A stretch of 64,000 nucleotides of DNA. Origin: Octopus vulgaris. Lineage: Eukaryota. Positions 53,256-64,000 of the stretch are shown here, in pieces. The notes under the pieces were generated by a model. It did no database searches. It worked only from the letters and a program-made list of their open reading frames with translations, and was not told the origin of the DNA. The stretch is from contig OX597815.1 in NCBI GenBank assembly GCA_951406725.2, positions 14,694,001-14,758,000 of the forward strand, given 5' to 3'. The translations under genes were made by a program, and so were the position numbers. How positions within the stretch are numbered: position 1 is the stretch's first letter; each line of letters starts with the position of its first letter.

Positions 53256-54068
53256 AAACAATAACTCTGAGCACCTTTTCAAACTCCACCTGTGTAACAC
53301 CCAGGGACATGTTTACAAAGTCAGAAAACAGCACAGCTCCCATAACTTTTGGAAACATTTTTTCACGCTAAGAGTTGCTGAAGCATGGAACAAACTGCCG
53401 GCATCAGTTGATAGTTGTCAGAGCACTGCATCCTTCAAAACTTCCATGCTTCCCGAGATTCGCCAACACTACACCTGATTTTCTCGCCTCCATACACACG
53501 CAATCAGCATCATCATTGTTCGACCGTGGTCGAGACAATGGAATTTACTATGTTACGCCAAACTTCACAGTCCATCATAGCATTACGGAGGCCCTGTTGC
53601 TGGATGCCTGTATCCCTGGAGATTACATCAGGGTAGGAGAGTGTGTGCTCTCTGGTATCGCAAGTAGATGGCTTCCAGAGGAGAAGAGTAGAAATTACTT
53701 CTTTTTCAGCTCTACAACAATGTCCAGCAAACTGGACTCTTCTACCTTTCACAAGAGATGACACAGGTGGTAGTTTCCCATATATTTGTACTTTGGTTGG
53801 GTGACGCTTCCACAAGAGATTTTGAGCTCTCATAAGGAGGCGAGTGTAAGTTCCATCTAACCGCCTCTCAAGCTTCTTTGATAATGTCCAAGTTTCTGAG
53901 CTGTATAATAGAATTGGTTCGACTGTGGCTTTGAAGATTTTGAAGCATGTATCTGACTCATACACTGTTCACTTTCCAGACATTTGTACATTACTGCCTA
54001 TGCTTTATATGCACTTTTGACAAGTTGTGGTGCACCTGAGCACTGTATACAATAATTTCATTATTATT
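53256..54068 (+). mobile_element. 3' end of CR1-group LINE (same family as 8207-9300), split by an RTE insertion
   Basis: Matches ~8922-9290 on either side of 53504-53942. Confidence 0.9.
53504..53942 (-). mobile_element. 5'-truncated RTE-group LINE (ORF2 C-terminus, (TGA)n tail)
   Basis: IFKATVEPILLYSSETWTL..RLDGTYTRLL..RRVQFAGHC..W; stop at 53513. Confidence 0.88.
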
Positions 54069-54332
54069 TTATTTTTTTAATGAGATCATTGGAAACTAGT
54101 AATGTTCTATCTCAGCTGTTAGTGAACACAAATAGCTCAAATGTAGAACGTATTGGTTTATTGTATGGAAGAGGTAAATTCTGACATTTTGGGCAGTATA
54201 CTTTGTCACAGGAAATAGGTTAAATTTTCCTCTTTCTCGTGTTAAATGAATATTTTAAGATTTGCTTTACTTCACCACTCTAGTCTTAGCTTTCATTGCT
54301 TTTTAATTACTTGTTTTTAGTTGTGAGCAGAA

Positions 54333-54446
54333 ATGAATTCCAGTGTGTCGGCTCTGTGTGAGCAGCTTGTATCTGTGGGCTACATCCAGCAAGGGAACCA
54401 GGCTCGGCAGGGTCATGAAGCAAAACTGAAGGAACTCTTGCAGCAT
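54333..54446 (+). CDS. SEPSECS: O-phosphoseryl-tRNA(Sec) selenium transferase, coding exon 1
   Basis: MNSSVSALCEQLVSVGYIQQGNQARQGHEAKLKELLQH|gtaagt, 114 nt, phase 0; resembles the SepSecS N-terminus. Confidence 0.85.
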
Positions 54447-54619
54447 GTAAGTGTTATAATTACTATCTGCTTTTTTAGTCACAGCATTTCACTTCAAAAC
54501 AGAAACTGTCTTCTTTGTCCATTAAATAGCATAATGCCTGTTATCTCTCCACTCGTTGATCAGTTATACTGTATTTGTAAATCACTGTTTTCCTGAACTG
54601 ATTTTAAATTTATTATATA

Positions 54620-55011
54620 CAAGCAGTATCACCCGGCGTTACTCGGATTTGTTTCAACCCTTTAGAATTGGAATTTTTGAAAAGTAAAAATTTTGCATTT
54701 TGTAGCTTGTTATTCTCTTTAAGTTAACATTTTTCTGGTTCAAATACACCGAAAAATGGCTGCACAGCAGTCAAATAATCGTGAAAAATAGGGATTTCTT
54801 TAGAAAAAAAGCACCTTTTTGATGTAAATAATTTTTGGTGTTAACATGGTCCGATTTGAATTTTATCTTCTACGGAAGGAAGAGCAAGCCTTCTTCTATC
54901 ATACTCTCAACTTTGGTCAACTTGTGCCGCAGGGTCTCGGAGGAGATAGAGTTAGTTGAAGGCTACCAAACCTGCCATACACAGACAACTTCAGCTTTAT
55001 AGAGAGAGAGA
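54620..55011 (-). mobile_element. Non-autonomous Helitron-like element
   Basis: Minus strand: A|TC 5' end at 55011, GC-rich subterminal hairpin (ccgagtaacgccggg) and CTTG|T 3' end at 54620; no TSD. Confidence 0.65.
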
Positions 55012-55467
55012 TTTATTGATAATCCTGTTGTGACTCTTGTTTTACTTTCTTCTAAGAACCACAAGAAGTTGTAGTCCTCTGTTACAGACCGTAATTATTT
55101 TAGCATCATTTGAACAGGGTGTGAAAAGTAGTATGTATCCGAAATTTATATTACTACGCTATGTCCTGGTATGATAAAGAAAGTTCCAGTTAACCTTTAA
55201 ATCATTTTAAAAGAGACTTTCATCGTCGGCATAGTTGATGTGGTGACTGAAAAAAGATCTAAGGGACATAACTGTTGTTATGGTTAAACACTCCTTAAAT
55301 CACCGTTTTTCTGAACATGACTTGTTACTATAGAAAACAAATCACTATCTACCATGACTGATAAGATTAATTCACTTCATGATTAATCTTCTGCAGGTTA
55401 ATTGTGAGTGAGAAAGGACTGCGATAGGGGAGTTGTATATGATTTAAATGCTTGCAATACAATGTGT

Positions 55468-55772
55468 GGAGGCACATGGCCTAGTGGTTAGAGCAGTGGA
55501 CTCGCAGTCAAGGGATCGCAGGTTCGAATCTCAGACCGGGCGATGTGTGTGTTTATGAGCAAAACACCTAAGCTCCACACAGCTCCGGCAGAAGGTAATG
55601 GCGAAACTTCTGCTGACTCTTTTGCCACAACTTTCTCTCACTCTTTCCTCCAGCATCTTGCAGCTCACCTGTGATGGACTGGTGTCCCGTCCAGGTGGAG
55701 AACTTATACGCCAAAGAAACCGGGAAACCGGCCCTTATGAGCCAGGCATGGCTCGAGAAGGAACAAACAAAA
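55468..55772 (+). mobile_element. tRNA-derived SINE (second family)
   Basis: A box TGGCCTAGTGG, B box GGTTCGAATC, ~230-bp non-tRNA body and a (CAAA)-type tail. Confidence 0.85.
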
Positions 55773-55871
55773 TCTTGCAATAGAATGAATCTTGCTAAAG
55801 ATACCCAAGAACCAACAATATATATTGATAGTCACTTGATACACATTATCTCTATTAATCTATGCTTTCAG

Positions 55872-56026
55872 CGGAAACTTCCCCAAGAAGGCTGGGATGA
55901 TCTCACCATAGAACTTGTGTTACATGAGCTGGCTGTGATGGACAGCAACAACTTCTTGGGCAACTGTGGTGTTGGAGAGCGTGAAGCCAGGTTAGCATCA
56001 CAACTGGTTGCTAAGCGACACTATAG
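55872..56026 (+). CDS. SEPSECS: SepSecS coding exon 2
   Basis: ttcAG|[52 protein letters not shown]|GT, 155 nt. Confidence 0.97.
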
Positions 56027-56112
56027 GTAATACATACAAGTATTTTTTTTATTTATTTATTTCAGGGGATTTTTTTATTATTCTTGTTATATATGTTGTA
56101 CCTATGACTTTT

Positions 56113-56385
56113 CATCATCATCATCGTTTAACGTCCGTTTTCCATGCTAGCATGGGTTGGACGGTTCGACCGGGGATCTGGGAAGCCAGAAGGCTGCACC
56201 AGGCTCCGGTCTGATCTGGCAGAGTTTCTACAGCTGGATGCCCTTCCTAATGCCAACCACTCCGTGAGTGTAGTGGGTGCTTTTTACGTGCCACCTGTAC
56301 AGGTGCCAGGCGAGGCTGGCAATGGCCACGATCGGATTGGTGCATTTTATGTGCCACCAGAACAGAAGCCAGTCAAGGCGGCACT
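56113..56385 (-). mobile_element. RTE/SINE 3' tail copy (others ~57102-57170, 59127-59460, 61162-61500, 62443-62760 minus; 61730-61820 plus)
   Basis: catcatcatcgtttaacgtcc...catgggttggacg...ctggatgcccttcctaa motif. Confidence 0.85.
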
Positions 56386-56631
56386 GGTGTTAAATACAGC
56401 TTTGTCCCTTATTGTTGTCTATAGCGTAGCCTTGACCCTTACTAGTGAGGTTAGTGCAGTGAATTTAACACCCCTTTAATGTTAAACGTCCTTTTAGATG
56501 TTTAGCCCAATAGACTTTGTAGGCCTTACAAGGTTTACCAACTGCCTGTATACAGCCAGCTGGGCCACAACATGTAGCTAACATACTTTGTAGAAGCCTA
56601 TGTTTGTGTAGAAATATATATATAGAGAGAG

Positions 56632-56810
56632 ATGAAAGTCACGGAGAGGGTCATAGCCCTACTAATTAGGGAAAGAGTCAGCCTAGATGCAGTTCGGTTT
56701 TGTGCCAGGTAGAAGCTCCACTGATGTTATATTTCTGGTAAGGCAACTGCAGGAGAAATACCTAGCCAAAGATAAACCCCTATACTTGGCTTTTGTTGAC
56801 TTGGAGAAAA
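56632..56810 (+). mobile_element. RTE-clade reverse transcriptase internal fragment
   Basis: MKVTERVIALLIRERVSLD / QFGFVPGRSSTDVIFLVRQLQEKYLAKDKPLYLAFVDLEK. Confidence 0.85.
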
Positions 56811-57059
56811 ACATTTTATAGATGGTAAAATGTTTTTCATTTTACAATTTTGTTCCTGTCGAATTTTATCCCTAATTTTTGTGGTTATACAACCTAGCTG
56901 TTCTTTCTAGCGTGTTGAATTCCTATAAGTGGATTCCTTATGTGTTAAAATATACACTATATCGTATGACTAATATATAGTCTTTTTGACTAAATTTTTA
57001 CACATTAGACCACTGGAAATGTAAATCTTGATTAATTTCCATTTCCCTTTGATATGATT

Positions 57060-57105
<46 letters not shown>

Positions 57106-57170
57106 TCATCATCATCGTTTAACATCCGCTTTCCATGCTAGCATGGGTTGAACGATTTTGACTCAGGGCT

Positions 57171-57222
<52 letters not shown>

Positions 57223-58205
57223 CACACCCATGCACATGGGCTTCTACTCAGTTTCAACATCATCATCATCGCCGTTTGGTCTCTTTCTCTTCCTCTCTCT
57301 TAGCTTCATTAACCACTTGCTTCTCCCAACACTTTACCTCTGCTCCCAACACCCACCTCACCCTATATAAACTAGCTCATTCAGATTACCTCATTTTAGT
57401 ACCTTGCCACACAGAGTAGAAACTAGGTGTTCAGATAAGCAGCCTTGCTTTCCAACCTAGCACACATCTAAAACCACTTTTTTAGTGCTCTACTCATAAA
57501 TTTTGCTCTACTTGGAATTATGTAATCACATGGCTAACTTCTCTTCTTAACAACATTACTAGCATTCTGTATGAAGTATATACTAATTTTTGCCTAAATA
57601 ACATAAGTGAAGATAATTGTAGGGTCAAACATTTACTTGCACATTGCCAGAGCAATTATATGCATATATTATTGAACTATCTGTTACAAACAACTCATTT
57701 GTAGGAGTTATTTGTCAGTTAAGTAAACTGAGTTAAATAAAGATATTTGTCTCTTTTCACTCGCAGCACAATGACTAAGGTGTTGGATAACATTCCTAGA
57801 TACATTATACCTGAATATAACACAGAAATGATGATAGCTTTATTGCAGTTATACTCAGTCAGGTCTGACTTGGAATTAAACAACAATACAATGATGTTTT
57901 AAATAAGTTTTAGATGTTTGGTTGAACTGTTAGAATGTTGGAAAAATATCCTTGTGATATTTGTTCCTCTTCTTTACATCCTGAGTTCAATTCTTTCCAA
58001 GGTCAGTTTCCAGTCTCCTGGGGTTGGTAAAATAAAGTACCATCCTAATACTGAAGTTGACAGTGTTGAGTCCAACACAGCATTGAAACTCACCATTATT
58101 CCATTCTTCGTATTTACTTTTCAAAAATTTGAAAGTTTTTAGGATATTTATGTATTTTATTATTTCATGTTTTACAGTTTTAAATTTTTCTGTCTTCTTT
58201 TTAAG

Positions 58206-58324
58206 ATTGGGTCATGGAATTGGTCGATCAGGAGATATCACTGCAATCCAGCCAAAGGCAGCAGGTTCCAGTGTTCTAATGAAAATAACAAACTGTTTGG
58301 CCCGTGATGTTATCAAACTAAGTG
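58206..58324 (+). CDS. SEPSECS: SepSecS coding exon 3
   Basis: ttaAG|(R)[39 protein letters not shown](G)|GT, 119 nt; phases fit the neighbouring exons. Confidence 0.97.
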
Positions 58325-58529
58325 GTAAATGTTTGTTCATGGAGACTCCTCTCCACCTTTTATATAGATATTCATCATTCTGTCAAAAATAATTTGTTGA
58401 TAAAGTACTGCATTTGGTCCTACTGTCCTGACAACAAGGGAAGATTCTTTTTTTATGTTGGTCACAGAAAAATGTATAGTACCTGTGATATTTCCAAAGC
58501 CTTCTAGACTGATGAAATTTAGGTGTGGA

Positions 58530-59089
58530 TGTGAGATAAGAAGCTTGCTTCCAACCACGTGGTTCCAGGTTCAGTCCCACCATGTGGCACCTTGGGCAAG
58601 TGTCTTCTACTATAGGCCCAGGACAAGCAAAACCTTGTGATTGGATTCAGTAAACAAGCTGAAAGACACCTGTTGTGTGTATGTGTGTGTGTATCCAGTC
58701 CACTTATGCATACCTTTCCTCCTTGGGACACAAAACTCTGCTTGCAGAGACCTGTTGAGGCAATCAAAATCAATCAAAAATCAATGGAAATTGTAGTTGT
58801 GATACCAGTGCCGGTATCCGAACGTGGCCGTTGCCAGCGCTGCCTCGACTGGCCTCCATGCTGGTGGCACGTAAAAAGAACCAACCAATCGTGGCTGTTG
58901 CCAGCCTGGCCTGGCACGTAAAAAGCACTCACTACACTCACGGAGTGGTTGGCGTTAGGAAGGGCATCCAGCTGTAGAAACACAGCCAGATCAGACTGGA
59001 GCCTGGTGCAGCCTCCTGGCTTCCCACACCCCAATCGAACCGTCCAACTCATGCTAGCATGGAAAATGGACGTTAAACGATGATGATGA

Positions 59090-59092
<3 letters not shown>
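58530..59092 (+). mobile_element. SINE with tRNA-like head and RTE-type (GAT)n tail
   Basis: Head like the 43.2-kb SINE (gcttgcttccaaccac..ggttcagtccc); tail ggacgttaaacgatgatgatg. Confidence 0.8.
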
Positions 59093-59129
<37 letters not shown>

Positions 59130-59487
59130 TCATCATCGTTTAACGTCCACTTTCTATTCTAGCATGGGTTGGACGATTTGACTGAGGACTGGCAAACCAG
59201 ATGGATGCCCTTCCTAACGCCAACCACTCGAGAGTGTAGTGGGTGCTTTTACATGCCACTGACATGGGAGCCAGTCAGATGGTACTGGCAACGACCTCAC
59301 TCGAATGTCTTTTCACATGCCACAGGCACAAGTACCAGTAAGGCAACACTGGTAATGATCACGCTTGAATGGTTCCTTTTACATGCTACTAGCACAGCAG
59401 CCAGCTAGCTGCTCTGACAATGATCATGCTCGAATGGTGCTATTAGCGCCCCCACTAGCACACACATATATATATATATATATATAA

Positions 59488-60730
59488 ATAGGAAAAAAGC
59501 AACAAGAATGGATTAAAATCTCGGTACGATCGTTTCGTACGAGGACATCTTTAATAAGCTACAAAAAATGCAGTGAATACAGATGGCTCGTACTCGTCAG
59601 CCGAAAAAACATCAGAGAATTCCCAAACATCAAAGGGTAGATACAAAAGAGGTTGTAAGATTAACTGCATTGAAGAAAGTTCGATTCATGGAGATCCGAT
59701 GAAAGGTTTTAAACTTACAGAATTTGTGCATGTCTACATATAGCTCATATTGAATTTTTAATCAAGTTGTATGAAGAAATTTTCGGATACAGTCATGCAA
59801 AATTTCTGAAAATCCGAGTAAGAGGCAAAGTGACTGCCATATCATGTAGAGGAAAGTCTGAGTAAAAGCAAAGTGACTGTCATATCGTGTAGAGGAACAG
59901 ATTGTTATTGAAATTTACAAGAATTGCAGATAAGTTCGATTCTTGGAGATCCGATAAAAAGTCTTGAACTTACAGAATATGTGCATGTCCTTATAGTTCA
60001 TAATCCAGTTTTGTGAAGAGATTTAGGGTACAATCATGCGAAAAATATCAGGGAATCCGAATGAGAAGCAAAATGACAGTCTTATATTGTAGCGGTTCAG
60101 GTTGTTAATGAATTTTACAAGAATCACAGAAAGAGGAGGAAGGAAGTAGAAATTTAATCAGTTACTGCTATTTAAGCTATCAAAGAGAAAGGAAAGGGGA
60201 AGCTAAGGGGATGGGCACAAGTTGATACTAACAGAAAATCTAAGCTTGTTTAGTGCAAAATTTGAACTGAGGTCAACAATTTATTTCTTTATTTATAAAT
60301 GTTACTATTAATAGATTGTCAGGTTACAAAGAGAGGTCATTAGAAAGGAAAGAAAAATGGGGTTGTTTTTAAATGAAATCAAACAATTATATTATTATTA
60401 TACTATACTATAATACACTACACTATTTTTTATTATATTATTTTATATTATATTATATCACATCACAATACACTACGATAGGTCTGGGATTAGCAGAATT
60501 AATTTTTAGTGTAAAAGAAATTAAGAGATTTAACTAACTAATATTTATATATGGGTTAAAAAATAGACTAAGAAATGGAGATAAAAATAGAGCAAAATTT
60601 AATTTATTAATAATATGGTCCAATAGAAATAAATCAAATAATTTAAATCAATAAGTATTAAATAGTACCATCAGAGAGAGAACTTATAATCATAGCTAGT
60701 TAGATCTTATCATTCTAGTTAAATATATAA
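59488..60730 (-). mobile_element. Probable Penelope-like non-coding element (pLTR/UTR) carrying the hammerhead; boundaries approximate
   Basis: Begins after a (TA)n tract, contains the HHR and an internal ~255-bp duplication (~59677 vs ~59932); no RT or GIY-YIG ORF seen. Confidence 0.45.
59519..59606 (-). ncRNA. Minimal type I hammerhead ribozyme (Penelope-like-element type)
   Basis: 5'-UUUCGG CUGACGA GUACGAG-C-CAUCU [30 nt] AGAUG-UC-CUCGUAC GAA AC GAUC GU A^CCGAGA-3': complete core, 6-bp stem I, 7+5-bp stem II, 2-bp stem III within the palindrome ACGAUCGU. Confidence 0.85.
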
Positions 60731-60744
60731 TATACTATGTAGGA

Positions 60745-60925
60745 TCTGTATGTGTGTGCATTTGTGTTTGTCCCCCATCACTGCTTGGCAACCAGTGTTG
60801 GTGTGTTTATGTCCCCATAACTTAGCAGTTTAGCAAAAGAGAACCATTGGAGGTCGATTTGTTCCACTAAAACCTTTCAAGGTGGTACCCCAGCATGGCC
60901 GCAATCAAATGACTTAAAAAAGGAA
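60745..60925 (+). mobile_element. 3' half of the 43.2-kb SINE family, decayed
   Basis: tgtgtttgtcccc..ggtgtgtttatgtcccc..cagcatggccgca. Confidence 0.7.
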
Positions 60926-61933
60926 GAGGTGAAAGGTAATAATGAAATCGGTGAGACTGATGCAAATGATGTTTATTTTAAACACCTGTAGGTTGATGTC
61001 TGCAGAAAATCTGAGTAATGTATACCAAGCGATTGCTGGTACTCCTTTTTATTTACCTCCATGTTTCATTCCAGTCTGTTAAAAGTCTTGTAAACCTAAT
61101 AAGACATCAGGTTACTCCTGATTGATGTGAACTATATGACCTGTTTTATAATTCTGGAAAGTCATCATCATCATCATCATCATCATTTAACGTCCGCCTT
61201 CCATGCTAGCATGGGTTGGACGATTTGACTGAGGTCTGGCAAACCAGACTCCAATCTGGTCTGGCAGAGTTTCTACAGCTGGATGCCCTTCCTAACGCCA
61301 ACCACTCCGAGAGTGTAGTGGGTGCTTTTACTTGCCACCGGCACGAGGGCCAGTTTGGTGGTACTGGCAACGGCCACGTCCAAATGGTGGTTTTTACGTG
61401 CCACCTCACAGGAACCAGTCCAGTAGCACTGGCAACGTCCTCGCTCAAATGTTTCATGTCCCACCAGCACAAGTGCCAGTAAGGGCGACTCGGGCAATCA
61501 GGAATTAGCACAATCATGGCAATTGTCTTCTAATATAGCCTAAGACTAACCAATGCCTTGTCAGTGAATTTAGATGGAAACTGTAGGAAACCTACCATGT
61601 GTGTGCTGAAGGGGTAGGGGCATGTGTAAATTTTGCAAACACTCAGCTTTGTCTGAACAAAGTGATATGTTGACATTATGATTGGTCGCTTTGCACTTTT
61701 GAAGACCTGTATAATAAGAATTTGCTTAGGTGAGGGTTGGTGACAGGAAGAACATCCTACCATAAAATCCTGTCCCAATTACCTGTCCAACCCATGATAG
61801 CATGGAAAAACGGAAGTTAAATGAACAAATGAATTTAATATGGTCATCTTGGCCTATTATAACAACCATGTTCTCCCGTCTCTTACAAAATGCCATGTAG
61901 TTTAGCAAGCTGAATATTTTTTTTTTGTTTCAG

Positions 61934-62092
61934 GTGTGCATTCTGTGAAGAATTGTTTTGTCGTTCCCGTAGCCACAGGTATGGCCTTGGTTTTATGTAT
62001 GCTGACCATTAAACAACATCGTCCTCAAGCAAAATATGTCCTGTGGCCTCGTATTGATCAGAAATCTTGTTTCAAGTCCATTGTTACTGCAG
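61934..62092 (+). CDS. SEPSECS: SepSecS coding exon 4 (gene continues beyond the window)
   Basis: ttcAG|(G)[52 protein letters not shown](G)|GT, 159 nt; contains the RIDQKSC motif. Confidence 0.97.
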
Positions 62093-63007
62093 GTTTGTTC
62101 TCATTATTTGTCAACCATTCACACAATATATACTGTTTATTCTAATTACATACATCTATTCCAGGGAAGTGGCTTTGCTTGCATATTACAGAATGATGCT
62201 TATGCTTTCACCTGTCAACTTTAAAGACCAGATCCACTCTCATATCACATTTTCTATATTAAAATTTCAATTGTATGATCTTGTTGGAGTTATCTCCCTT
62301 GTTTGTTTCGCTTTTTTTTTATATTTCAAACATAGAGATAGATTTAGTCTACTAATTGCATGCTTAATCTCAATTAACTCACTATAGTACTACATATGTT
62401 GCACTCTACCATATCTGCATTGCTTAATCTAACCTCACCATTTCATCATCATCATCGTTTAACGTCCGTTTTCCATGCTAGCATGGGTTGTACCTATTTG
62501 TTTCCACATGTTCTTTTGACAACCTCTATCTTCCCTTCCTGACACCACCCATTCCCAGAGTGTAGTGGGTGCTTTTTACATGCCACCAGCACAGAAGCCA
62601 GTCATGCGGCACTGGCACTGGCCATGTTCGGGTGGCTCCTTTTACGTGCCATCGGCACAGGAGCCAGTTGGGGCGGTGAGGGCTGGCATCGACCATGTTC
62701 AGATGGTGCCTTTTATGTTCCACTGGCACAGGGTGCTAGTTAGGCAGCACTGGCATTGTTTGCCTCCAGGAGTGGAGGCGAACATGACTGGTGAATGCAA
62801 GTAACTATTACTGCTAGCAGTATGTTTTGATATGGTTACTTCACGATATCTGCTAGAAATTCACCGCATCAATCAACTATATCCATTGTATCGTATTTAA
62901 TACATGTCATATCTTGCCAACCTACCACTGCCCAGCTTTCCTCCAAAATTATCATTATATCACATTTATTTCCATTATTATCGTTAATTAATTATTGCTC
63001 TAGTATG

Positions 63008-63880
63008 TCATCATCACCATCATCATCATCATTGAACGTCCGTTGTCTATGCCAGCATGGGTTGGACAGTTTGACCAGGCTGGCACGCGGGAAGGCTGCA
63101 TTAGACTCCAGTATGATTTGGCATGGTTTTCTACAGCTGGATGCCCTTCCTAACACCAACCTCTCCAAGAGTGTAATGGGGCCATTCAAGAATTTGGACC
63201 TGGAGATCTCTATTTCCAGTGACTTCGAGGGCCACCTCCCAGTGGTGTTGGGCGTCAACAAAGAGCCCTCGACTACAACAAGACGACCAAAGTTTTTTTT
63301 TTTTTTCGAAGGTCTGGGGTCTCCCGCTCCTAAGCCCTATACCATCACCTAATCACCATTACATGTCTTGTTGCTTAACAACAATAACAACAAAAAAAAA
63401 AGAGTGTAATGGGTGCTTTTACATGCCACTTGCATGACACCAGGGTGCTTTTACGTGCCATTTCTGTGACACCAGTATCTGCCACGGCTGTGATTTTTCT
63501 TGACTTGGTGGGTCTTCTTTTCAAGCACAACATAATGCCAAAGGTCTCGGTCATTGCCTCCGTGAGGCCCAACACTCATAAGGAACTCAGCCACTTTGCC
63601 TCCATGTGGCCCAATGCTCGAAAGGTGTCCTTTACGTGCCACCAGCACAAGTGCCAGTTACCATAACTATGATTTCACTTGGTTTGACAGGTCTTAAGCA
63701 TAGCACATCACCAAAGGTCTTGGTCACTAGTCATTGCCTCTGTGAGGCTCAAAGTTCGAAGATCATGCTTCACTACCATGTCCCGTGTGTACCTGAGTTT
63801 ACCTCTATCACAGGTTCCCACTACAGTTAGAGAGCGGCACTTCTTTACACATCTGTCTTCAATTTCAGTGTCAGTGAAAA
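63008..63880 (-). mobile_element. RTE LINE 3' end (ORF2 C-terminus plus 3' UTR), interrupted by an insert at 63181-63399
   Basis: Minus strand reads EDRCVKKCRSLTVVGTCDRGK..VVKHDLRTLSLTEAMTSDQDLW and continues into the common (GAT)n tail. Confidence 0.75.
63181..63399 (+). mobile_element. Unclassified 219-bp retroposed insert with A-rich tail and 14-bp TSD
   Basis: aagagtgtaatggg at 63167-63180 and 63400-63413; ends acaataacaacaaaaaaaa. Confidence 0.75.
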
Positions 63881-64000
63881 CTTATCCAGTATGATCATCA
63901 TCACTATTTTCATCACCATCATCATCATTACCAACATTATTACCATATTTATGACCATTACTATTATCATCACCACCACAGGAGTGGCCGTGTGGTAAGT

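Noticed and set aside
55468-55545. Possible tRNA gene (e.g. tRNA-Sec inside SepSecS)
   Set aside because: A and B boxes are present but there is no closing acceptor stem, and it continues into a SINE body and tail.
56386-56472. 10-bp inverted repeat ggtgttaaat..atttaacacc, possible tiny MITE
   Set aside because: Too short and no clear TSD.

Overview
AT-rich eukaryotic DNA, probably an Octopus/coleoid cephalopod (inferred from the [17 protein letters not shown] finger consensus, SINE/RTE families and long (TA)n tracts). Positions 1-~49634 are a tandem array of minus-strand poly-C2H2 zinc-finger genes with no effector domain: G0 (partial at the left edge), G1 and G2 (25 fingers, identical proteins), G3 (25 fingers, frameshifted after finger 16) and G4 (20 fingers). 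The rightmost unit is ~8.2 kb. The ~12.9-kb units carry an internally deleted Tx1/L1-clade retrotransposon in the ZNF promoter and a 5'-truncated CR1-type LINE; the empty sites of both are visible in the short unit. The paralogs differ mainly at recognition-helix residues, look mosaic, and all four complete genes have an intact extra finger in frame behind a TAG stop. From ~50.9 kb on the + strand lies the 5' part of SepSecS (four coding exons), head-to-head with G4. Its introns hold SINEs, RTE/CR1 fragments, a piggyBac-type MITE, a non-autonomous Helitron and a Penelope-type minimal type I hammerhead ribozyme (minus strand, 59519-59606). All alignments and counts were made by eye; family names come from motif recognition, not database searches.
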